64,000 bases of DNA. Origin: Eutreptiella sp. 'Long Island Sound 2002'. Its lineage: Eukaryota; Protista; Euglenida. The notes beneath the pieces were generated by a model that was not told the origin of the DNA, made no database searches, and saw only the letters and a list, made by a program, of their open reading frames with translations. The DNA is taken from positions 11,098,001 to 11,162,000 of the forward strand of contig OZ038378.1 of the NCBI GenBank assembly GCA_964036045.1, in the 5' to 3' direction. Of the stretch, positions 50,301 to 61,860 are shown piece after piece. The position numbers and the translations under genes are program-made. The stretch's first letter is position 1; each line of letters starts with the position of its first letter.

Positions 50301-53300
50301 GTTGCCCTGTGCTGCCTCTAGGGCAGGCTGTATTCTCCATAGGGTTGCTGGTCCCCCACTGGAGGCACGTGGCGGCATTTCTGCGCATTGTGGTCGCTAA
50401 GACGTCTGACAAGTGTCACAAGAAGCCACCACTGTACACCAAGTATGTGCCTTGCCAATGACCTGTGGGAACGGGTGGGGATGCCCTGCTTCGCCGGTTG
50501 CCTTCCCTTCCGTGGCAAGACTGATGCTGTTCCGTTTCATCAGGCAGGACCAGAAGCCCGTCGCTTTCACCACGACGCATCGTGGCAGTAGCCGTATTTT
50601 GTGTTTGCTGTTGTTGTTGCGGGGGAGGCTCCTCCTGGCCACATGCCTCCCCCCCCCCCCCCCACACAAAGTGGAATCAGTGGTGATCCAGCAGGGACTG
50701 TTCAGCGGCTCCGCGTTCGAATCCCATGTGGTGCAAGGAACCGGCCATCCAAGGCGTGAGGCATTCAGAGCCGATGGGCCGAAAGGCTTACGCCTACAGG
50801 GACAGGGGCCATGATGGTATGCTGGGCTCTGGGGCGTGCAGGCACGCTCCCTCTACAGCCGGCTGTGCGGCACCCAGATGCCAACTCAAACAACGGAACA
50901 CTCCCAGGTGATGCTGTCACCTTTGGATCCAGCACGGAGGGACTCCGACGACTGATACAAATGCGGCGCTGCGTAGGAAACACCGGAGCTTACTTGTGCC
51001 ATGTTCCATTCTCAGGTAAACTGTAAAGTGTGAGTGGTGCAACGGTTTTTTTTTTTTACTGTGGTGTGGCGATGTCCATTCTCTTGCAGTCCTCTGCGCA
51101 ATGAATGCCAAAGGCTTTGAGGCACAGCGCTAGTTCTTGTTGTCCGACCATGCAACGACCACCCTGTGAACAAGTTGTGCCCAGGGCTTGCAACCCTCTT
51201 TTCTCAAACCAAAGCCCTGCGGGGACTGACAACACATGTCCAAAGTAGGGCAAGTCAAACCCACCCCCCAACACCCCTACATCTCTCCCCCTAGTATGCC
51301 GCCCAGATTGCCTACAACACGTTTCACACCACTCAGTAGTCATGTTTGCCACATCTCCCACCCATTCAAATGCAAAGCTAGACCTCTCCTGTTGTGTAGT
51401 GTCTTGTCCATTGCAAGCTTAAATGGTTGGCAGCCACCAGATATTTGTTTTGTGTCCAGACTAGAATGGAATTTACACCAGAATTGCCGTTTGAAGGTTC
51501 TCATCTATGCAACTCAACCTGGTTATTGAAACAGGCAGCATTTGCCTCTGCATTTGCCCTAACACACAGGGCCGCCCACTAGCCACTAGCAAGAAGATGA
51601 GGTCCATAAAGCTGTCATTGCCTCTCCTCAACGGACACAGAAGGCATGGGAGGTACACCCCTGCGGCATTTGCAGTGCACCATTTGGAAGAACACAGCTG
51701 GGTGCAATTCCTTACGAAGCTTGGAGCCAGGGCTGTAGTCTCTCCTTTGTGAGAGAGCGAGAGTGAGAGAGTGGATCAATGTGCATTTGCTTTCCCCGGA
51801 CCCCACTTTTGTGGATAAATGCCCCAAATGGCCTTGAATGGTGGATTTGCTTCTTATTTTAGCTGTTGGTGAGGGTGTATGTGGAATGCTAGTGTACCCC
51901 AAGCCATTTTGCCTACTTTCTAGTAGTTGCTAACAGCGATGTGCCATCAGCCTATTGAGATCTTCACAAAAACACCTTTCTGTATGTTATAGTTCATTAG
52001 ATATCCGCCGCACAATGGGTGTGACTACTGAGAGTACGGCGAGTTCACGGTATACTTCGCGTTGGAGGTTGTGTTGTAGGACGGCGCTACGGACAACAGC
52101 CCTTGGGCTACAGTATGCCCCTTTAGTTACGGAGATCAAAAGTTTGGGTATTGCCGCTTGTTGAGCAGTGAGGCGCAATGGACCAAGAGCGTGGATAGAA
52201 AGAGGGTCGTGAGATCAAGGGCATGTGTGGGTGCTGTATGCTCCCACTTTTGGAGGGAATTTGTGTGGCACACATCAAAGTATGATGTTGGATGTTTTCC
52301 CATCATTGATTTGGAGCCCAAAAGATTCACCACGGGAATGTTTGGATTTGACACCCAAGACTACCGTTTGCTAGATGCCCCTAGTTTTTCAAGGCGGGGG
52401 GCGGGGGGGGGGGGGGGGGTTGGGTTGGGTTGGGTCAAGGCATCACCTAGTCGTCAACCCGGGGTCCGCGCCGCCTTCCCTACGGTTCCCGACTGGGTGT
52501 CTGGTCACAAAGCCTGCCGGACCGTTGACCGCCCCAGACCCCGCGGTGGCGCTCGCGGGCGGTGCCTATGTGTATGTGCCCTGTGTGTTTGGAGAGGGGG
52601 GGGGGGGCTGTGGGCACACCTGCTTGCTCCACTGTTGGTCGGCGTCGGCGCATGTGGTGCGGGGAAGTTTGTGCCTAGTGCTCAAGGACCTGGCACGGAG
52701 GCCAGAGAGCCTGACACTGAGCCCGCTGGGGGAGATGTGGGCCTCGGCTCGCAACCTCCACGTCACAACGACAAGCTACCCAACCGCTCCACAACTACCT
52801 GCCGGCATGGGAAGGCGGTGGTACCGGGCACGTTTGGGGTCAGACCCGCACTCCTTGATTGCCTTCGGCACAGGTGGTGCTGCCACTTTGGCTGGGCGGG
52901 GCTCCTCACGGCCGAGGGCGTACTCTAGGCAGGTGGAGGGGCCCTAGGGCGCACAGAGTGCTTCCTTGCCCCGGGTGCCGCCGGTGCTAGCTGCACATGC
53001 TACGGCACTACAGCCCGCGTAGACGAGGGGGCCCAGAGGGCACCACACCCAAATGGCCTCTCCATTGGCAAGGGGGGGGGGGGTCGGCTGGCGGCCGACC
53101 CGCCTCTAGGGGTCACCCACAACTGCAGTAGGCTTGCTGGTGTCGGTGGATGTGTTTGGGTTGGATGGGCACGCACACCTAGAGGTTTCCCAGGACATGC
53201 CGCTCTCGGGATACTCACAGTAGTCTAGCAGTGAGCCTTTCGCACCCACCACTTTCCCAAGCCCAGAGGGCACCAACTCCATTAACCCCTCCCAGGGGTG

Positions 53301-54013
53301 TGTGGGTACGGGGGGGGGGGCTAGTCCTAGAAGAGGGGGAGTCTACATGTTCGCTCATTTGCTTGTTGTCTCCATTTGTTCGGGAAAGGAGGACCACCTG
53401 CTGTGTTACCATGCGGGTCCTAGTGCCTGAAGTTCTCAACCTCCAGCGCCCTCCCCCCTTGTGTGAGTGGAGGGACCTCGCTTGCCATGTGCCAGCATGC
53501 AGCAAGGGTGCGAAGGTTGTGTTGGAGGCCAAGGGGTGTGTGTGTGTCGGGTCTGTCACCCATTCGGCCCCACTGTCGGGGTGGGGTGGGGGGGGGGGGT
53601 AGAATACAAATTGACATGTTTTGCTGCCTCCAACCCTGCTTAGGGCCGGGTATGGCCCACTCAAAACACACAAAATCACTGTTTGGACTGAAGATAGTAT
53701 AACAACTGCTCCAGCACTTTTGGCCCTCAGTAGCTCAACAATTGAAAATCCCAAAACCTATATTGTGAGTACTCACAATGATCAACTATCCCGTGTCAAG
53801 CATGTTCTAGGCCCTCTTTATGTGTTTTGTCTTCTATTTGGCCAGTGGGTGCTGTGTGGGTCCCAGGGGATTGGTGCACAGCAGTTTTCACCCTCAACAG
53901 CTCCAAAATCGAAGATTCTACAACACAGCCAGTCCCAATGATCAGACCTCGCACATCATGTGAACCAGTCTTGGCACCTTAAGAGGGGTTCATCATTATG
54001 TGCCAAAAAAGTA

Positions 54014-54544
54014 AACCCCCTTGTGTAAGAAGACAGAGCCAAATAAGAAAGACTCATGCACATTCTTATTTTGGAGTCCAAAATAAGAAGACGCACAGAG
54101 ACCCAGAGCCGCAGCACCATGCCTTCCTTAGAAGCAACAGAAGGATGCTCTGATTGTGTTTCTCAACCACCAGAGGATTTTGTTTGCTTCTTCTGCGAAA
54201 AAGGTGGTCATGGACACGTACTTGGGCAGTGCTGCGGATGTTTCGTTCAGGGGATTCGTTTGATCGTGCACACCGTCAAACTCTGCACTAGAGGCCTCAC
54301 ACACTTGTCCTCCTCTTCCCCATCTGCGTTTGGTTGCCAGAATGTGTCCACAACAAGTTCATCATGTTGCCGTGCTTCATCACATCAACAAATGCATCAG
54401 ATTTTTCCATGTTGTATGTCATATGGCACCGCAGGTCTGAAACAAAGGGTGTCAAAGGGGGGAGGGTCAAAGTAAGAAGACACACCAAATAAGAAGATGC
54501 AAATAGATAAGAAGACGCGCATCCTCTTATTCGAGGCGGGGGTC
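54014..54544. mobile_element. TA-flanked non-autonomous DNA element (~530 bp) with AATAAGAAGA subterminal repeats
   Basis: TA|AACCCCC...GGGGGTC|TA. AATAAGAAGA-type motifs cluster at 54025-54090 and 54470-54530. Confidence 0.55.
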
Positions 54545-56834
54545 TAGCAGACTCCCTCACTCTTTGAGGTGCCTTGCCGGAGGCAATAGAATTATTGCCA
54601 CTTGGAGTTTTCACAAGTCGGAGCAGCCAAAGTTTTTCACAGAATTGTTGGTGGATTCAACTTTACGTTGAACACCATGGGCCAGTTGGGCTTGGTTTTC
54701 TGTTGGTTTCTTTTGGGAAAAACTTTTTTCACACAGGGACCTGAGGCTGCTCCCAACAGGCTACCAACAGGTCAGTCATGGTTCTGCATTGTGATGTGTA
54801 TTCATCCACGTGGTGTTCACTTACCTAGTGCAACGTGCCCCTAATGGGCATTTTACCACCCAGGTTCCGGCTATGGAGAACAAACATGCAGACAGTCACA
54901 CTCTGCATTAGTGGTGGGCCACGATGGTCTCTGTCTTTTGCTCAGAACCAATGGGAATGATGCCCAGCATTTGCAGCTGCTGTATGCCATTGTGCGGCAA
55001 GTGAATGAGTATTCCTGCGGAGGCACCAATGATGCAGATTTCATTTTCGACATCCCTTCTGGTATCCTCTGCCACCCGCCTTATCCGCCTTGGTGTGGTT
55101 CGTACCTCCTCTCCCTCCAACCCAGGCCCCTTCCTATCCCTTGCGTCCAGCATTCAGCGCTTTGATCAAGTGGTGCGAGAAAGTCAATTATTTTTGAGTT
55201 CCAGCGACTCAGCTCTTCTGCCGTGGACCGCACGATAGCGATGCAGTGTCGATGCGAAAACTATATTGTTGTGGTAAGAGACATGTAATTCTGGATTGTG
55301 GAGATATGCTGTTATGGTGCACCACCATGTCAAAATCTTCGTTCACATGGTTTTTCTGGCAAGATGCCGGAGGGGCATCCATTGACCACCCAACTGATCT
55401 CCAAGCCGCTGCATCGGCACCACACAACATGGGTGAGCATTGGAACAGTTGTCTTCTCACTTCACGGTTTGGTTTCAACCCAAGGCTGTCTGGTGCAATT
55501 TATCTTACATGAGCTGTCGCTTTTCCTTCTTGTTCTCCTCATGTTCCAGGCCTTGGGCATGACGGGCTTTGGCTTTGCTTTTGTGGTGGGTTTCTGTGGA
55601 ATTTCACGAACCAGCCGCCAGCACGTGATTGCCTTTCGGTGCACTGGAAAGGCCCAGTAGGCATGCGGCCCCGGGCACTCAAACACTCAAAAGTCATTCT
55701 TCCAACATGCATGAAGCACCAATCAGCCGCTCGACACGTATTTCGCGTCTTCAAAGTGTATGGCTCTTCTTCAAATAATTTTCATAAAACCGAAACCACG
55801 TTTCCCGGCGTATCTCCTTGTTTCCTCACCCCAATGGGCAAATGGGGAATCACAATGGTAACACATTCAGCTGCACACCGCACCATGGTGTCTTCTTTTG
55901 GGACCACTTGTTTTTGTTGATGTGCATATGATAATGTCTGTGCATATCGGTGCATATCGTTGATGTGCGTATGATGCTGTTCCATGTTTCATGTATGCTG
56001 TTTTGCACCTCCTTCATGGAACGCTCTTTGTATCTAAAAGGGCCCTAAAAAAAAATGAGGTCCAGCATCAGCTCCAACATTTGACGGAGCATGCATCCCA
56101 GAAATAGGAAGATGGGTCCCATGAAAACATGGGCAGCTAGAGTCTGTCGAACTGCAGTATTCACCAAATGTAAGCTGCACAATGAAATGTTATGTGCCCC
56201 TGAGTCAAATGTGTGTGAATGGACAGCGAAGCTTCTTGAATAGGTTAGCAAAAGCTGTAGTGGCCCGTTGCGTGTTGGAATTTCTGAATTTTATTGCAGC
56301 ATTTTCAATGGGTTCCGGGAAATCAATCCCACACAACATGAACCCGCGCAAATTTGATGCCACACGAAGCCCTCCCCCTGTGCACTTCATTTCAAGTGCC
56401 ACGCGTGTACGTTTGGCAGACCATTTGACAAGAGTGCAAAGGAAGTGCCCAGGTTGACCTCTTGACAACGATTTCATTCAACCCCCAAGCTTCTCGCCTC
56501 GTTTTCGACGTGAGATGTCTCCAACATTTTGCCGAGTGAATAGCCTTGCTACTTCTGCAGGCTGTTGTGCCACTGATGCCCCCCAGCTCCAGAATGCCAT
56601 ATCCAGCCATAGAGTGTTAGGAGGTTCCAACATGGCGGTGCCCCAGGCTGCTGGGGGAAGTGCATGTGTTCGCACCCCCGAACACCACAGCTCGAAATTT
56701 GTCGTCTTTTGGCGGGCCATGTGCTTAGCAAGGTTTCCCCACCCTCACCAAGTAGGTTGTCTTTGTTGTTGCAAGCAGCAGCAGCAGCAAAGGTCTTCAC
56801 GCTATTCCCGTGCAACTCCTTGTGGTCCCCTCAG

Positions 56835-58946
56835 GGACGGTTTTCACAGCGCAGGGGCTGCTGTCTGCCGTGGAGAACGCCGCGTCCGACTCTTCCAAAA
56901 TTGAGCAGCGCTGGGTCAGTGCTCTTTGTGGTATGGATTCACAGTGCACGTGCGGGTGCACTTCCGACATTGTATCCGGCGGGACGAAGGAGGCCACCTG
57001 AGGCTAAGCAGAGCAGATTCTGGGCGTCCATAAACAGAGATGGCTGCGGTAGCATGTTGCTCATGGCGCATTGGAGCATTTCGCGTGGCAGGGTGTCCCC
57101 AAACGGGTGTTCTCGGCGAGTTGCTACTTTTAAGTTGTGGCTCCATTTGCTTGAGGGAGTTGTGCGTTTGGGAGGCGGGGTACAGGCGGGGGTGCAAGGG
57201 GTCATCGGGGTTACTGCTGCAGTATGCATTCTGCATTATGCGTTTTGCATGTGTGTGCTGGTGTGTGTGTGTGTGTGTGTGGGAAGGCGGGGGAGGTGGT
57301 TGTTTCAAAGAGGCGTGGAGTGTAGGTGGCGGGGGGCTTATCGGTTAGGGCAGGATTGTACATGCAGAGCAGGGAATTTGGGCTCTCCTTCCAGTATGAG
57401 TCGCCCTGTTTAGCCTTTGAACTAGTGAGTGCGCTTCCCCGACGATTTCTGGGCAGTTCAGTCACCATCTGTTACTCTGGGGGCTCCAAAGGGGAGACGT
57501 GTGTTTCCAACTCTGATTGAGCGGGCCGGATATCTTGAGACCTCCTCGTTTTACGCACACGCCAAGCACGGACTATTCTTTCGAAGAAGAGGTGAGCCAC
57601 GCAATCCCAAGACCACTTCAGCCCCCCCCCCCCCCTGGCCCCAAGAGTCCATCAAAGGAAAGGCGACAAAACAAACCGCCAGTGCAAGGGTTTGCCACTA
57701 CTCCACGGTGCGGCATTCAGGTGGCCAGCGCTCCGTAGCCTAGAAAACACGTTCCCCCCATTCACTACCACCTGCATGTATACAGCGACCCTTGCCACCT
57801 CTGGGGCACGCACTCCCATACCTAGCTCTCCTAAGCAGCAAGCCAGGCGTTGTCCGGACAGGGTCGCAGCCCTTCGCGTCATTCACTCGGTCCGGTTTGC
57901 ACCTGCCTGATTAACCCGCACCGCTTGACTGACCTTATCCAGCTCAGTGAGCTCAATCACCGCCCCTGTGTTTACACACCTCAAGCAGCCTGAACATATT
58001 GTTGCGGCTCGGTGTGGGCCTCAAAGTGCAGAGTCAATGCAAAAAAAGCGGGGAATTTGGTCTGGAGGAGGTTTGAAGGGGGCGATATTGGGGGGATGTT
58101 TACAGGCCCAGGGTTGTGCTGTAGGACCAGGAAGAAGTTAATAGATGCAGGGCAGGCGACAGTGGGTTGTTGTGGTTTGGCGACGTATGGGTTCCACTAT
58201 CGTGGTGCGTTCCACAGGGCAGCGTAGGAGGAGGGCGGGGGGGCGCTCTACAGCAACAGCCATCTAGACCTCAACTCCGTATTGGACATCCTCTCGGAGG
58301 AGGAGGGGGAGGGGGGCGGAGCAGGGGCCCGCTGTACCACATTATGGGCTAGAATTTGGTGGAAAGGCTGCCACATTGCGGGATGAAGCCATGGCATTGG
58401 CAGCAGCGCTGTTCGATCTATTTTCACCTTTGTGAAATATCCATTGTGTGTGCCAACCCAAAATCGATTGCCAGCATTGGCAGCAAAGAGGTACTGCAAC
58501 GTGGCAGCAACACCCCTTAGTGACTTGGCAACAAATTACTGTTGCACTGTGGCAGAAGCACACTGCACTACAGCAGCAGCCATCTGCTGCTTTGCGACAG
58601 CAAACGTGAGCTGGCATGCAACACGCTGGCATGGCACGACACACCACAGTAGCGCAATCCCATATCACGTCCTGCGCTACAAGCTTTGGTCGTGAAGGGG
58701 GGTGAGGAGCGAGCACTGGGCTGCGACAGCTGTTTTACCTTCTCTGGGCTTTGGGTGGGCTGCGTTCGCTACGCATGTGCACTCTTTGTGTAACAGGCCA
58801 AAGGCCATCGCCTACCCTGCAGAGCATGCAGCGTTTAGGCTCTCAGACTGCGGTTTCGTTGGCGGTCAGTCTGCCCCCCGACCTGCTCTATTTGGCATGT
58901 CACGATCTGCAGCCTTTAGTACAGCAAGCAAACCTGCTGGATTCAG
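56835..58946 (+). CDS. Putative distal exons of the XRN-like gene: 56835-56914, 57395-57424, 58797-58946
   Basis: Each has AG/GT boundaries. The last encodes AVSLAVSLPPDLLYLACHDLQPLV, similar to the XRN 'QLLAVLPP....L....LM' motif. The first two join as QRW|YESPCLAFEL. Linkage to the upstream exons is inferred. Confidence 0.4.
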
Positions 58947-59199
58947 GTGGACGCCTATCTATCCAGGGATGCATCAAGGATGCTTTGTTCCACCGATCCG
59001 AGAGAGCTCGTAGTGTTGTGGAGGCTTGTCCTGGGCCGGTTCAGCTGAAGCATGGTTTTGAGGGTCGGTGAGGGTCCAAGCGCAATGGGAGCCGAGAGGG
59101 CTGGCCAATGGCAACCACCTGCTGCAGCACAAACCCTTAGCCCCGTCTACAACCCACTGTGCGGATGCGAATGCATGGGCACTAATGTCCATGGGTCTG

Positions 59200-59940
59200 T
59201 AGGGTGGTTATGCACTGACACAGACTCGGGTGTATCGGTTGTGGGGGTGAGTATGCTTGAAGACAGTTTGAAGGTAGTCCGAGTTCTTGCAGATATGCAT
59301 GTGTATGCTTGGAAACGTGTACACGTGTGTGTATACATGTACAGGTATACTAAAGCTATGTCTCTCTAGGTAGTCTGGGTTTACGCATTCACATATGTGC
59401 GCACGCATGTAGACATTGTGCTCCAACTTGCAGATAGTGTGCACATATACGTTTACCCGAGTGTAGTCTGTAGACGCTGTGCACACATGTTGTAGATGCG
59501 AAGAGACGATATTGAGGATGGGGCGCGAATCGCCCCCCCCTTAAAAAGGGTTGCATAGGTCTGTTTACCGGGACTTATGCACGCCACATTAGGGCTGTGA
59601 GTGGGCGAGCCAAAGCTCCAACGATAAGACCTTCTCCGGGAGGCTACGCCAGTCCAAAGAACACCTACCTACCTACCTCCGTTTACCCAAGTGTTGTCAG
59701 TGAGCACTCTGCATGCATGTAGAGAAAACAGTACGTATACATGTGTACATGAACATGTGTATAGGTGGAAAGATTCTTGTGTAATCACGCATTTCCGTGG
59801 AAACGTTTTCGTGTCTACACATATGTGTATACGCACGTATACCTGTACACGCATATGTCCGCATACGTATAAACACGTATACGCAACATATACACAATTT
59901 ATACGCGTGTACATTTACACATGTACATGCGTATGCGTAC
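59200..59940. repeat. Degenerate TA/CA/GT-rich low-complexity tracts (59200-59490 and 59700-59940)
   Basis: Alternating purine-pyrimidine text such as ACATATGTGTATACGCACGTATAC. Confidence 0.7.
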
Positions 59941-60190
59941 AGCACTCCGTCCTCGAGAGACCCAGCCAAAAGAGAAACGGCTCCTAAGAGGCCGAGCCAC
60001 AAGCACAGGTGTTCCCAAGAGGCCCTACCACAAGAGACGGGGCTCCCAAGAGGTCCAGCCACAAGAATATGGTTCTTGAGAAGCCCGGCCTCAAAAGAAC
60101 GGGCTCATGAGAAGCCCGGCCACGAGATAAGGGACTCCCAAGACACCCAACCACAAGAGAAGGGGCTCTCAAGAGGCCACTACAGATGGG

Positions 60191-60934
60191 GGGAATGCCA
60201 TGCACGCAGTGCACACGCAGTGCGCACGCAGTGCAAAGTTTTGAATGTCGGCCAATACTCAGACCCTACTTTTGGCCCCTTTTGACAAGTTTTTGGTTCC
60301 ATACCGGGGTTTTTCCTATGCATTTGGGATGTGGCACATTTGAATTGTCACCCTTTGTTGCCCAATGTCAACCATTTTTACCCATTTTCCATCCCCCATA
60401 TTGGACTCTCCCCACTATGGGGACCCCGAGAAGGCAGGGGTGATGTAGCCATACATAGCCCGCGGACCTTGAGGAGTTTGTGGTACGGCCTTCATCCCCA
60501 CCACATCACTGATCTCGCTCGCCATCAACAAGTGTGTCGCGTCCACGCTCAGAATCACCACCGCCCTCCCCTTCACCCTATTCGCGGCCCCCATCACCCA
60601 AGAGACCACGGACAATGCGGCCCCGCGCTTCGAGTCAAGGGACACCTCATCGCCGCCTCCAAGAGCGAAGCCACGGGCACCGAAACACTCGAAGCAAGCG
60701 GACTTTACAAGGCTGAGTGGTTTGTTCATAGGGACAGTGGAGTACCAAGTTGAAGGCAGTTTCGTTGTTCTCATGTGGGCTTTGCTGCTTCGCTGTGCAA
60801 CCAGTCAGGTGACAGGTATTCTTGGGTGAGTATCCCGGCCTCTGCGTGCGCAGTATGCACGCAGTGCGCACGCAGTGCCCACGTAGTGCGCACGCAGTGC
60901 ACACGCAGTGCGCACGCACTGCAACAACTTGGCC
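60191..60934 (+). mobile_element. 3-bp-TSD cargo-carrying element, copy H4 (744 bp)
   Basis: Begins GGGAATGCC and ends CTTGGCC, like H3. TSD GGG at 60188-60190 and 60935-60937. GCACGCAGT repeats at both ends. The interior (plus frame TSLISLAINKCVASTLRITTALPFTLFAAPITQE...) is unrelated to the H3 interior. Confidence 0.85.
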
Positions 60935-60984
60935 GGGGTCTCCCAAGGGGCCCAGCCACAAGAACGGGGGTTCCTCAGGGGCAG

Positions 60985-61860
60985 CAGGGTTTTTCATTGA
61001 AACGTGGTACGTTAAATCACGTTAAATCACGTTTTACCACGTTTTGAGCCGATTTGCCAAATCACGTTAAACCACGTTAAATCACGTTGAATCACGTTTC
61101 ATTGGGCCCCGACCAGGGGGGGCGGCCATGGACCTATCCTTCCTTGGCATGCCATGTGAATGCGCAACATAGAAGCAAGACACGGTGTCAACTGACACTG
61201 TGTTCTCTGTAGGTGATCAAGACCAGATCAAGTCCAGCGGATGACAACATGCGCCATTTCCGTGTCAGGCCCCTTTGTCTGTGCTCCTTTTCGTTATGCC
61301 CGAATTGAGAAGGTTAATGTGCAATGTTGTAAGGATATTGATACTTTTTGGTCCTAGCGTGGAGGACTGTTGCCTGCAGCAGTGGAACCGTTTTTTGTGG
61401 TTTCCCTTGTCCTCTGCTGCTGTGGAGCGTTCTTTCAGTTTGGCTGGCCTAATTGATGCTCCCAACCGACAAAGAATGGGAGAGCGTGTACGTGAAGCAT
61501 GTGTCACAATGTTTTTCAATGGGGATGTGGAGCAGCGCTTCACTAAGGACTGATGTATTTAGGTTGTTTCTCGCATCCAATATCTCATCTGTACTGTTCC
61601 TGTAGCATTCAAATGTGTGAAGAAATGATTTTGGTGGACTGAGAATTGTCTCCTACAAACCTGTCCAGTGCATTGCCCTGTGTTACATGTTCCCAAGGAC
61701 AGGGCTGATGAATGAGATTGGTGGACATGGGTTTACCATGTCCAGAATCCACAGAGCAGCATGGAATTGCAACCCAGAAATCACGTTAAAAATCACGTTA
61801 AATCACGTTAAATCACGTTTCATCCGGGGCAGCCCAATCACGTTTCTATGAAAAACCCTG
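60985..61860 (+). mobile_element. Non-autonomous hAT transposon (876 bp) retaining a hAT C-terminal dimerisation-domain fragment
   Basis: 22-bp TIR CAGGGTTTTTCAT(T/A)GAAACGTG. Flanking direct repeat GGGGCAG (7 bp). AAATCACGTT subterminal arrays. The internal frame MPELRRL...WFPLSSAAVERSFSLAGLIDAPNRQRM matches the hATC P.SS...ER.FS motif. Confidence 0.92.
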
